64,000 nucleotides of DNA from an uncultured virus (IMG/VR IMGVR_UViG_3300026095_000001) (Duplodnaviria > Heunggongvirae > Uroviricota > Caudoviricetes > Crassvirales): the IMG/VR virus record IMGVR_UViG_3300026095_000001. The stretch is one strand, 5' to 3'. A program made the translations under genes and the position numbers. Within the stretch, counting starts at the first letter, position 1, and each line of letters starts with the position of its first letter. Shown one piece after another: positions 1 to 7,315 of this stretch. Below the pieces are notes generated by a model that was given only the letters and a program-made list of their open reading frames with translations, was not told the origin of the DNA and did no database searches.

Positions 1-1093
1 AATAGGGGGTTAGCCGATCATCCAGCCCGTGCGGCTCCCGCACCTGCATCCGGAAAACTTCAGAATAAAACGACTCCCGGATGGGCTTCGGTCCTGGCGG
101 ACCGTCCTCTCCAAAGATGTAATATTCGGGATCGCATTCTTTGAGCCTCATCTTCATGAACAGCTCCTCCAATTCCGGCACCATAAAAATCCAGCGGCCT
201 CGTTCCCCCTTGCCCAGTGCCACCGGAATGTCGATGTTATGCCTACCCCATATGATGTGTTTTACCTGGAGATTACCCAATTCCTTATCGGGTCGCATAC
301 AGGAATAATAAATGACTTCACACCAATTCCGCAGGTGCTCCCCCCAGCGTTCAACCTCTGAAATCCATTTCTTCACATCGGGGATAACATCGTCTTCGAA
401 CGGATATAGCTTAACCACCCCTCCCTTCTTCAGTTTCTTGATGCCCGCCATAGGGGTCGATTCTAGGTATTGATTGTCCGTACAGAACTTGAAAAATGTC
501 ACTAGCTTTGCGATCTTGTCATTGTAGGTGGTATTGCTCCAATCTTTCTCGATCTTCGTCTCAATGATAAATTCCTGGATAACATCCTGGGTTACCTCCT
601 CTATTGGGCGGTACCAAAGACTCTCTTGCAATGGTACGGCAGCACTGACGTATTGTTTAAACAGATTGAGCGGAGCGGCCATAAAAGCACGACTCTGCGC
701 TTCGTATTGCGAAAGGAACCGCTCCGCAGCCGCATTGAGTGTGATCTGCGCTTTCTTAGCTGCGTCCGCTGCTGCTTCATCTGCCTTCAGGCGGTTGAGC
801 TGATCGATCTCAAAATCAAAGGGGTTGTTACCCTCCTTCAGCCACGCCTCGATTGTTTCTAACACATGTTTCGTATAGGCGGGATCATTGATACGGTTGA
901 TATCGCAAAAGGTGCGAAAGCGTTCCCACTTGCCGGGCCGCTTTTCCGTATGCAATGCTGCGATCTCCGGGGGCAATCCTTCCGGCACGCGGTAATAGTA
1001 CTCGATATAGTGTCTCCCCGTGTCATTCACCAGCCGGGGCGACTTCCAGGTGATATTTTTTCCTTTTGACACTGTTTTGACATTTTCAGTCAT
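1..1093 (-). CDS. int: Tyrosine recombinase/integrase, partial (3' end runs off window)
   Basis: Manual translation: MTENVKTVSKGKNITWKSPRLV...WLKEGNNPF...IYYSCMRPDKELGNLQVKHI...LGKGERGR. Catalytic R box and K loop are present; the GxNPF motif is typical of Bacteroidota integrases. Missing from the ORF track because there is no stop inside the window. Confidence 0.9.
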   Translation of the reverse strand, partial: MTENVKTVSKGKNITWKSPRLVNDTGRHYIEYYYRVPEGLPPEIAALHTEKRPGKWERFRTFCDINRINDPAYTKHVLETIEAWLKEGNNPFDFEIDQLNRLKADEAAADAAKKAQITLNAAAERFLSQYEAQSRAFMAAPLNLFKQYVSAAVPLQESLWYRPIEEVTQDVIQEFIIETKIEKDWSNTTYNDKIAKLVTFFKFCTDNQYLESTPMAGIKKLKKGGVVKLYPFEDDVIPDVKKWISEVERWGEHLRNWCEVIYYSCMRPDKELGNLQVKHIIWGRHNIDIPVALGKGERGRWIFMVPELEELFMKMRLKECDPEYYIFGEDGPPGPKPIRESFYSEVFRMQVREPHGLDDRLTPY

Positions 1094-1251
1094 TGAAAAT
1101 ACGAACTTTCTGATTTTCAACGGTTTTTTTTGCCCCGGATTGATAGCCTGTATCAACAGGGGCGCTCTTTCGGAGAGTGTGTCATTGATTTTCAATGCAT
1201 TTGCTGAGCGCATTTTGATGAATTTTGGTGTTTTTTGGCACTGTTTTGACA
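1064..1251. other. Candidate attachment site (attP-like) next to the integrase start
   Basis: Direct repeats TTTTG(A/G)CACTGTTTTGACA at 1064-1082 and 1233-1251; TGATTTTCAA at 1111 and 1186; central dyad GCCCC-GGA-TTGATA-N5-TATCAA-CA-GGGGC at 1132-1163. Confidence 0.5.
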
Positions 1252-1306
1252 CTACAAAGCTACAACGAATTCTACAAGTATTCAAGAAAAATAATAAATT
1301 CGCTTC

Positions 1307-1603
1307 ATGGAATACACGCTCGAAGACGCCTTCGCCATGGCCATATTACACTCACAAACTTTTGAAATCCCTTCGAATGCAGAATTAAGGGGGATTAAAA
1401 TTGGCGATCATGTAAAGCTCTGCTTCATCCCAACAAATTCTACATTAAAATCCGAACGCATGTGGGTGAAAGTGAAAGAGATTTATCCTGATGGAACGCT
1501 GGCTGGGGAGCTGGATCAGGACCCGTTCAATCTACATTTCCTTAAGGACAAGGATAGAATAGAATTCCATACCAAGAATATCTACCAGATACTCGAACAT
1601 TAA
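1307..1603 (+). CDS. DUF2314/YegJ-like protein
   Basis: VKL.F...ERMWVKV....G.L...P pattern; TAAATTCG -7-like box at 1295. Confidence 0.7.
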   Translation: MEYTLEDAFAMAILHSQTFEIPSNAELRGIKIGDHVKLCFIPTNSTLKSERMWVKVKEIYPDGTLAGELDQDPFNLHFLKDKDRIEFHTKNIYQILEH

Positions 1604-1767
1604 AATACTTCTTTCACAACTGCCCGCCGCTTCACCAACCACGGCTTAATCTCCTGCAAGGTCTTTCCGATCATCCAGGCGGCGATAGGTGCTGCCTCGA
1701 TGATCTTCCCCTCGCTGCTAATGATGCCGAAGGTGGCGTATGGCAAAGAGATATAAAAGCACCTCAT
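1600..1767 (-). CDS. Small phage protein (55 aa)
   Basis: Manual translation MRCFYISLPYATFGIISSEGKIIEAAPIAAWMIGKTLQEIKPWLVKRRAVVKEVF; below the ORF-track cutoff. Confidence 0.65.
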   Translation of the reverse strand: MRCFYISLPYATFGIISSEGKIIEAAPIAAWMIGKTLQEIKPWLVKRRAVVKEVF

Positions 1768-1810
1768 AGAATTCTGCATTCCATCATAATATATTCACCG
1801 TTGTGGCCCG

Positions 1811-2317
1811 CTATGAATGCTTTTTCATTTTTCTCCTTTTTCTGCGGTGCGCATTGTAGGCTTCCACTTTTTTTGGATGGTTCTTCCGCCATGCCTGATA
1901 TCTTTCAGGCTTATACTTTTTCTTGGTTCGCTTGTGTTTGTTCCGATGATACGAGGCATTGGCAATTTCTTTCCTTCTATCCGGATTTTTTTTTGCCCAT
2001 TGGGTCGAACTATTTCGAAGGCATTGGTCGCAAGTATGCCTAATACCCCCCTGTCGTGTAAACGCCGGCAACGGCAGCTCATTCCAACAATGTTGACACA
2101 CTCTCGTTCTCTCCTGCGATGGCTTTTTCCGCAATTGGCTGTATGCCGTTGCATCGGTATACCGCTTGAAAAAAGCTTTATAAACATGCTCCTCTATAGG
2201 ATGGGATGAAAGGAGGAAGGCATCATGCACTATATCGCGTGGATCATCAAAAAAGCGGTACTTCTTCGATAATTTAGATGCATAATCTAATAATCGTTTG
2301 TAAAGTTGAGGGGCCAT
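1811..2317 (-). CDS. Hypothetical protein with sigma-region-2-like N-terminus and CxxC...CxxC zinc finger
   Basis: DDPRDIVHDAFL, RVCQHC...TCDQC, basic C-terminus. Confidence 0.6.
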   Translation of the reverse strand: MAPQLYKRLLDYASKLSKKYRFFDDPRDIVHDAFLLSSHPIEEHVYKAFFKRYTDATAYSQLRKKPSQERTRVCQHCWNELPLPAFTRQGGIRHTCDQCLRNSSTQWAKKNPDRRKEIANASYHRNKHKRTKKKYKPERYQAWRKNHPKKVEAYNAHRRKRRKMKKHS

Positions 2318-2357
2318 ACGCCTAAAATATAAAAAAAAGATAGTCTTAGGAAGGGGA

Positions 2358-2718
2358 TTATAATATATTTCTCAGCCGTTTCAACACCAGCCAGGCCGTT
2401 TTTTGCGTGCACTTTATTTTCATGGCCAGCTGACGGGAGCTAAGGGGTTTCTTACTGGATGTCAATATATAGAGCGCAGCGAACCATTTACGCAAGGGGA
2501 GCTTGGTATACTCAAACAACGTGCCGGTCAATACTGTGAATTTCTTATAGCAGGCCTTAGAGCTACACTTAAACCCTCGGCTTGTGCGCCACGGGTCGCC
2601 GGCGTCACAGTGCGGACATTGAGGGTGCCCGTGCCATCGTTGCTCTTCTAAGTACGCAATACATGCCGCTTTGCCATTGAAATAGGCCAGGAAGTCGGTC
2701 AGGGTAGCAAAACTTCAT
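2358..2718 (-). pseudogene. IS1595-family transposase N-terminal Zn-ribbon + HTH only; start out of frame
   Basis: Frame 2714-2358 reads SFATLTDFLAYF...YLEEQRW...CPHC...FKCSSKACYKKFTVLTGTLFEYTKLPLRKWF...SSRQLA...TQKTAWLVLKRLR. The ATG at 2718 is 1 nt out of frame (TTTT run). No DDE domain follows. Confidence 0.8.
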
Positions 2719-3200
2719 TGCGGCGGCGGCAATTTGAAATATCGATGCAATTTCTCCGCCGTATTGTAAGACATGGTCGTGAACTTTCTTCTTTCAACAT
2801 CTATAATGGTAGCCTGGGCAAGCCCTACCGCTTTGGCGACCTGATAACTGGTAAGCCCCTCCTTTTCCCGCAATTTTTTGAAATCATGTTGAATGGTCAC
2901 TTTGGGTCCTCTTGCTTTAATGGAATGCTGGTCCGCAGTAAAAGCAACGTTATCCCTTGACCTGTCATTAGCCGGCCTCTCCTCGGCTTCAACGATCTGC
3001 ATGAGAGAGGGGAGTTCATCCCGATCAATGTCTCTTTCCCGCAGCCAGTCTGTTAGATCGTAAATTAAGCGGAAATCAGATTTAAGTCCCCCTATACTGA
3101 GGATATCGCAGAGGGAAACGATGTCCTTGGCGGATAAATCACGTTCCGAAAACCATGCAGCTAAACGTGCTGCAAAAGGTAAATGTGAATGGAATTCCAT
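2715..3200 (-). CDS. Protein with C-terminal XRE-type HTH
   Basis: KKLREKEGLTSYQVAKAVGLAQATIIDVER. Confidence 0.8.
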   Translation of the reverse strand: MEFHSHLPFAARLAAWFSERDLSAKDIVSLCDILSIGGLKSDFRLIYDLTDWLRERDIDRDELPSLMQIVEAEERPANDRSRDNVAFTADQHSIKARGPKVTIQHDFKKLREKEGLTSYQVAKAVGLAQATIIDVERRKFTTMSYNTAEKLHRYFKLPPPQ

Positions 3201-3209
3201 ATGTAAAAT

Positions 3210-3590
3210 TTAGATAGGTTCTGTCGGCGGTTCCGTCAGGCCATATAATTTATCTAATTTGTCGTACGTAGATTGCTTAGCGATCGATTTACCTGTTTCC
3301 ACGTTTTGAATCGTCCCCCGGCTTACGCCGCTTAAGTCAGAGGCGGTTTCCAAGCTGAACCCTTTGGCATACCGCGCCGCCTTGTAATCATGCTTTGGAG
3401 GGGGCGGTGGAACGTCCGTTCGGTTCCTCTTTTTCTTCTGCGGTTTTTCGATAGCGGCAGGCCGTCCCGGCCCTCTCGTGCCAACGATCTCCAGGAGCTT
3501 ATTTACCTCCGCCATCTCCACATTATTACTTTTGAGCCATTGGAGAACTTTGATGGCTTTGTCCGGGTCGAACTTATTGAGGTCGATCAT
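3210..3590 (-). CDS. Protein with C-terminal XRE-type HTH
   Basis: ARYAKGFSLETASDLSGVSRGTIQNVETGK. Confidence 0.8.
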   Translation of the reverse strand: MIDLNKFDPDKAIKVLQWLKSNNVEMAEVNKLLEIVGTRGPGRPAAIEKPQKKKRNRTDVPPPPPKHDYKAARYAKGFSLETASDLSGVSRGTIQNVETGKSIAKQSTYDKLDKLYGLTEPPTEPI

Positions 3591-3607
3591 GTTGATTATG
3601 CTTGTAG

Positions 3608-3678
3608 TTGCGGGACCGGGAATCGAACCCGGATGCTGGGCTTATGAGACCCGCGTGTTACCGTTACACTATCCCGCG
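3608..3678 (-). tRNA. tRNA-Met(CAT), initiator-like
   Basis: CGCGGGA acceptor with C1:A72 mismatch, anticodon loop CTCATAA, T-loop TTCGATT; CCA not encoded. Confidence 0.88.
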
Positions 3679-3682
3679 ATGT

Positions 3683-3955
3683 TTAATTTTGCTTACCTCT
3701 TTGTAAAATCTTTTTCTCGATCGTCATCATATACTTCCCTTCCAACAGCAATTCTGTTCCAAATCTAGTTTTCACTTTCATCACCAAATCGTTTCTCTTT
3801 CCCGTCGGTACATGTGGCGCAGCTGTTTCCCCGTTTGAATGACACATCTCCACAAAATCCGTTTCCTCGCCCTCCCACTCGTGACCCGGCAGGACAAGAA
3901 TTTTTCGTCCGCTAAAGAACTTATTGAGGTCTCTTACTGTCTTGAACTTACTCAT
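3683..3955 (-). CDS. Hypothetical protein
   Basis: 90-aa ORF in operon context. Confidence 0.65.
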   Translation of the reverse strand: MSKFKTVRDLNKFFSGRKILVLPGHEWEGEETDFVEMCHSNGETAAPHVPTGKRNDLVMKVKTRFGTELLLEGKYMMTIEKKILQRGKQN

Positions 3956-3958
3956 ATA

Positions 3959-4222
3959 TTATTCCTCCGTGTTTTCCTCTTCTGGTGGAGGGTCTTCGAA
4001 TTTAACTACCGCGACCTTATAACATAAATCGGATTCTGACACCTTTAGAAAATCGGCTATCGCCCTAACATCGGATAGCATTGGCTCCTGTCCCCGCTCC
4101 AATCTGCCGATTTTGGCATGGTCAAACCCTATCGCCATACTCATTTCGGGAGCCGTGAGGTCCAAATACGATCGCCAAAGTGCAAGATTCCGCCTGAAAT
4201 AATTTTCCATGTTGTCGAGCAT
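3959..4222 (-). CDS. XRE-family HTH protein
   Basis: NLALWRSYLDLTAPEMSMAIGFDHAKIGRLERG. Start moved to 4222 because the longer ORF overlaps tRNAs. Confidence 0.8.
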   Translation of the reverse strand: MLDNMENYFRRNLALWRSYLDLTAPEMSMAIGFDHAKIGRLERGQEPMLSDVRAIADFLKVSESDLCYKVAVVKFEDPPPEEENTEE

Positions 4223-4230
4223 TACATTTG

Positions 4231-4323
4231 AGCGGAGGGGTGGATTCGAACCCCCATGGGGGTGCCTAGAATTCCCCCCATTCAGTTTTAATGAATGCCG
4301 TCTACCAACTCCGGCACCTCCGC
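4231..4323 (-). tRNA. Atypical type II tRNA (Leu-like body, apparent anticodon AAA)
   Basis: Acceptor GCGGAGG/CCTCCGC, D-region GGTAGACG, stem ATTCA/TGAAT closing loop TTAAAAC, long variable arm GGGGG/CCCCC, T-loop TTCGAAT, discriminator U. Confidence 0.75.
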
Positions 4324-4326
4324 ATG

Positions 4327-4398
4327 TTGTCCCGTCCGGGTTCGAACCGGAGACCCCTTCCGTATCAGAGAAGTGCTCTACCGCTGAGCTACAGGACA
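4327..4398 (-). tRNA. tRNA-Ile(GAT)
   Basis: Full cloverleaf; anticodon arm CTTCT-CTGATAC-GGAAG. Confidence 0.9.
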
Positions 4399-4400
4399 AT

Positions 4401-4769
4401 AGGGGAGCTGGTCGTATCCTGCCAGCCCCCGATACACTTGTTACGGTTTACGAGACCGCTGCTACTGTGCAGGTAGCTAACCTCCAGGCGTACGGTTTTC
4501 ATGCGGCCTTAAGCTAAGGCTAACATCTGATGATTTGACCACTAATCTACTCCGCCATATAACGGGGGTACCGGGCGACACAAGTGCCATCGGCCCCCGA
4601 GTTGCTGTTTGCCAACACTAACTGAGGCGGAGACAGGATTCGAACCTGCGTTGTCAGAATTGGGACCACATGACCGCACGCGATAATAAACAAAGCTGAA
4701 GCTGTTGACACAATGCTAAAGCTAATCTATCTAGGATCGGCTGAAGCTAAGGCTGAAGCTAAGGCTCTG
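4401..4769 (-). ncRNA. Structured RNA containing a circularly permuted tRNA-like domain and AGC-N3 repeats
   Basis: The 3' tRNA half (4658-4625) precedes the 5' tRNA half (4556-4526) and all four stems pair. About 10 AGC-N3 hexamers; terminal hairpin at 4402-4430. Confidence 0.8.
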
Positions 4770-5564
4770 TCAAATTTTTCCATCGTGGATATATCCAAAG
4801 ATCATTTCTGCTGTCAACTTAGATTCAACCACCGGCGCTTCGTTTGCGACCGCTAGCGCCTCCTGCACCGAAGCTTTCAGATTTGTTATTCGGCGCAACA
4901 TGGTGGCTCTATCAAGGTGCGAAAGCTCCCCGCTGTACTCTTGCAATTCGAAGGTACCTTCCGTAATGGTCGTATTGGTTTGCACAACTTGCGGTACATA
5001 ACTTTTGGTGTCTTTCAGCTGTGCCAGATTGGGATCAGTCAAGATGATCGAAGCCTTCTCCGTTGTTCGTTGCACCTGCGTTTTTACCTCCGTTTCATAA
5101 ATCAGCTTCGCCGACATTTCTGGATCGGCGGATAACTTCCAGTTTTTGGTATCCGATCGTACAGGGAGTGTCTGATACATTTTGGTCAGCTCCGCATTGT
5201 TCAACAAATCACGGAGCCGCATCAACTCCAGTGTCGTGAATTCTCCCCAGGTAACCCCTTCCACAATAAGTGGGGCCTTTTTTCCCGTTGCGTTTGTCGC
5301 CTCAACCGAAAACCGATTGTTGATATATTCTTTCACCGTCGATACGAACCATGCTAAATAATCACGTACGGTAGACTGCACAGCAGTAAAACCTGTGAGG
5401 TGCGGGTGCTCATCGCGCCCCGGCGCCGCAGTATATACCTGTCGTTTGCCCTGGAAAATCCCCTGCTTCTTTGCAAACGTGTCCAGATAGTCTTTTACCA
5501 GCGCGACGTACTGCTTCCCCGTATGCTCTGCTTTTGCCAGCAGCGCGTTTAATTTTTGTCCCAT
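4770..5564 (-). CDS. DUF7873-like protein (family name from memory)
   Basis: KLNALLA N-terminus, F.G....Y, LPVRS...W, YSGE.....RA.ML.R...L...V.EAL..AN. Confidence 0.7.
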   Translation of the reverse strand: MGQKLNALLAKAEHTGKQYVALVKDYLDTFAKKQGIFQGKRQVYTAAPGRDEHPHLTGFTAVQSTVRDYLAWFVSTVKEYINNRFSVEATNATGKKAPLIVEGVTWGEFTTLELMRLRDLLNNAELTKMYQTLPVRSDTKNWKLSADPEMSAKLIYETEVKTQVQRTTEKASIILTDPNLAQLKDTKSYVPQVVQTNTTITEGTFELQEYSGELSHLDRATMLRRITNLKASVQEALAVANEAPVVESKLTAEMIFGYIHDGKI

Positions 5565-5578
5565 ATAGTTGCATTTAT

Positions 5579-5770
5579 TTACTTATCCTCTTTAAAGTAG
5601 GCGGCGATATAGTCTTCCGTTCCAATGGTCAACCCCCGCACTATTTCCCTGCCCTCTTCGATACCAACGTCCCAGCCCAATGCCTTGGTGCACGATATAA
5701 TGATATCGAACACTTCTTCCGGGTGACGCGTCGAACCTTCGATGAAGTCTTTTATATCTTGTATTTCCAT
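5579..5770 (-). CDS. Hypothetical protein
   Basis: MEIQDIKDF...; start placed just downstream of tRNA-Asn. Confidence 0.65.
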   Translation of the reverse strand: MEIQDIKDFIEGSTRHPEEVFDIIISCTKALGWDVGIEEGREIVRGLTIGTEDYIAAYFKEDK

Positions 5771-5771
5771 G

Positions 5772-5844
5772 CGGGGCGGAGCGGACTCGAACCGCCGACC
5801 CAAGGATTAACAATCCTTTGCGCTACCAACTGCGCTACCTCCCC
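5772..5844 (-). tRNA. tRNA-Asn(GTT)
   Basis: Anticodon arm AAGGA-TTGTTAA-TCCTT, T-loop TTCGAGT, G73; one acceptor mismatch. Confidence 0.88.
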
Positions 5845-5847
5845 ATG

Positions 5848-5921
5848 TCCCCCCACCTGGGTTCGAACCAGGGACCCACGAATTAAAAATCCGTTGCTCT
5901 AGCCAGCTGAGCTATGAGGGG
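5848..5921 (-). tRNA. tRNA-Lys(TTT)
   Basis: Anticodon arm ACGGA-TTTTTAA-TTCGT; canonical D and T arms. Confidence 0.9.
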
Positions 5922-6047
5922 GTTAACGGGGGGAAGGCTATTTCACGCATCCGGGCCTTCTGCCGGAAACCATTGATCCGCCGACTGCGCTATTTATCCC
6001 CCGTTGATGCTAATCCTTGCCTTGTACCTAAAAATAAATCAGCGACG

Positions 6048-6368
6048 TCATCCCGCCTTTGGCGTTCTTTTCTTTCTCTTAACGTATTCGATGCACCAGA
6101 TGCCGATACCATTATCTAAGACACGCCACGCATAATCGTGCGGCAATTGGCTGCGCGAACGCAGATGGCCCAGGTAAGAGGAAAGTGATTTTTTTATATC
6201 TTCCGTAACTTCCATTTCCAATACGAGACTCTGGCCGATCGTCATTTTTTTGATATTAAAGGCATCCCATTGTGACTTTATCTCGCGCTGTTTTTTTGTC
6301 GGTATGGGAACACCTTCGCGAAACTCCGGAATTTTGTCTGGGATGGGGATAATCACCTTGGCTTTCAT
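6048..6368 (-). CDS. Hypothetical basic protein, possibly DNA-binding
   Basis: 106-aa ORF with GVPIP and KKMTIGQS pattern. Confidence 0.65.
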   Translation of the reverse strand: MKAKVIIPIPDKIPEFREGVPIPTKKQREIKSQWDAFNIKKMTIGQSLVLEMEVTEDIKKSLSSYLGHLRSRSQLPHDYAWRVLDNGIGIWCIEYVKRKKRTPKAG

Positions 6369-6383
6369 ACCTATAATGATAGT

Positions 6384-6911
6384 TTAAAAATTTTTCAATG
6401 TCTCAATTTTACTCATGGTTAATATTCCAACCTTCATACCGTCCATGATCTCTTTTCCGATGTACTTCAACCATGCTTCCATTTCCGCTTGCGGCGGCAG
6501 GTATCTCCTATGACAATTCGCCACGAGCTTATTGACATAGTTACCTGACTTGGTGGGCCGTTCGAGGTGATGGCCCGTGCGCATATAATAATAAGCCGCC
6601 GCTACTACCCAGCTCCTGTTTCTACCGCTGTGGCAATACAAGTAGACAGATTCATTATTTTGTTCTGCCTCCCATAAAATAACACAGGCAGCAAAGATGT
6701 TGTTGAGCCCCATTTCCATCTTGAACTCTGAAAGCGGAAACCACCAGTACCGTCTCCGTTCATAAATGGGCATCTCGCCGAAATACAACTCATCCGATAC
6801 GTTAATAATCGTCGCGTATTTACCAGGATGCCACTCCTTCAACGCCGGGCTTGGCATGGGACCCACTTCCAGCTTATCCGTGAACCATGATTGAAAATTA
6901 TGGTTGCTCAT
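6384..6911 (-). CDS. Dual-specificity/protein-tyrosine-phosphatase-like protein
   Basis: P-loop VYLYCHSGRNRS (Cx5R), IINVSDE. Confidence 0.85.
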   Translation of the reverse strand: MSNHNFQSWFTDKLEVGPMPSPALKEWHPGKYATIINVSDELYFGEMPIYERRRYWWFPLSEFKMEMGLNNIFAACVILWEAEQNNESVYLYCHSGRNRSWVVAAAYYYMRTGHHLERPTKSGNYVNKLVANCHRRYLPPQAEMEAWLKYIGKEIMDGMKVGILTMSKIETLKNF

Positions 6912-7089
6912 CGACCTCTTTATTTTGTTCCATCTTTGAATGCACCTGCCTCAGTATCTCTTTCCAATATTCCAATACTTCCGGCGTTTCAAACGCATAT
7001 TGCTTCCCATCGTCTAGCGTAATGACGATCTTGTTCATTTTGTTGATGGCTTTTTTCAATTCGCGCTTGTCCATATTGCCTATATCCAT
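6898..7089 (-). CDS. Hypothetical protein
   Basis: Short ORF translationally coupled within the operon. Confidence 0.55.
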   Translation of the reverse strand: MDIGNMDKRELKKAINKMNKIVITLDDGKQYAFETPEVLEYWKEILRQVHSKMEQNKEVDEQP

Positions 7090-7310
7090 TTTTCCACGAT
7101 TAACGGGTCCTCTCCCATAATGCGTTCTTCGCAATAGAGATGCAGTTCGCGCATGTGCTGGCGAATTTGTTTTAGGGATAAATTGGTGATGAAATCCTTC
7201 TGTATTTCTGTGCCGCCATAGGGTCCGATCAGCTGTAGATGTACGACGTATTGATCCTTATCTTTGGCATCGTGACAAACGATGTATATTTTCTTCGCAA
7301 TGAGGAGCAT
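7080..7310 (-). CDS. Hypothetical protein
   Basis: 76-aa ORF. Confidence 0.5.
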   Translation of the reverse strand: MLLIAKKIYIVCHDAKDKDQYVVHLQLIGPYGGTEIQKDFITNLSLKQIRQHMRELHLYCEERIMGEDPLIVEKWI

Positions 7311-7315
7311 AAATA

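Noticed and set aside
29..1069. Plus-strand ORFs 29..361, 528..803, 626..862, 866..1069
   Set aside because: Antisense shadows of the integrase.
2358..2718. Active IS1595 insertion sequence
   Set aside because: No DDE catalytic domain, terminal inverted repeats or target duplication are visible.
4223..4399. N-terminal extension of ORF 3959..4399, and ORFs 4209..4517, 4291..4476, 5471..5902
   Set aside because: They overlap tRNA genes or the structured RNA; their translations are typical tRNA shadow frames.
4692..4766. CRISPR array or mini-array
   Set aside because: Repeats are 6-nt units without unique 25-40-nt spacers; no cas genes were recognised in the window.
4401..4769. Two-piece tmRNA
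   Set aside because: The permuted order fits, but there is no G3:U70 alanine determinant, a real D stem is present, U73 replaces A73, and I saw no tag-like reading frame.
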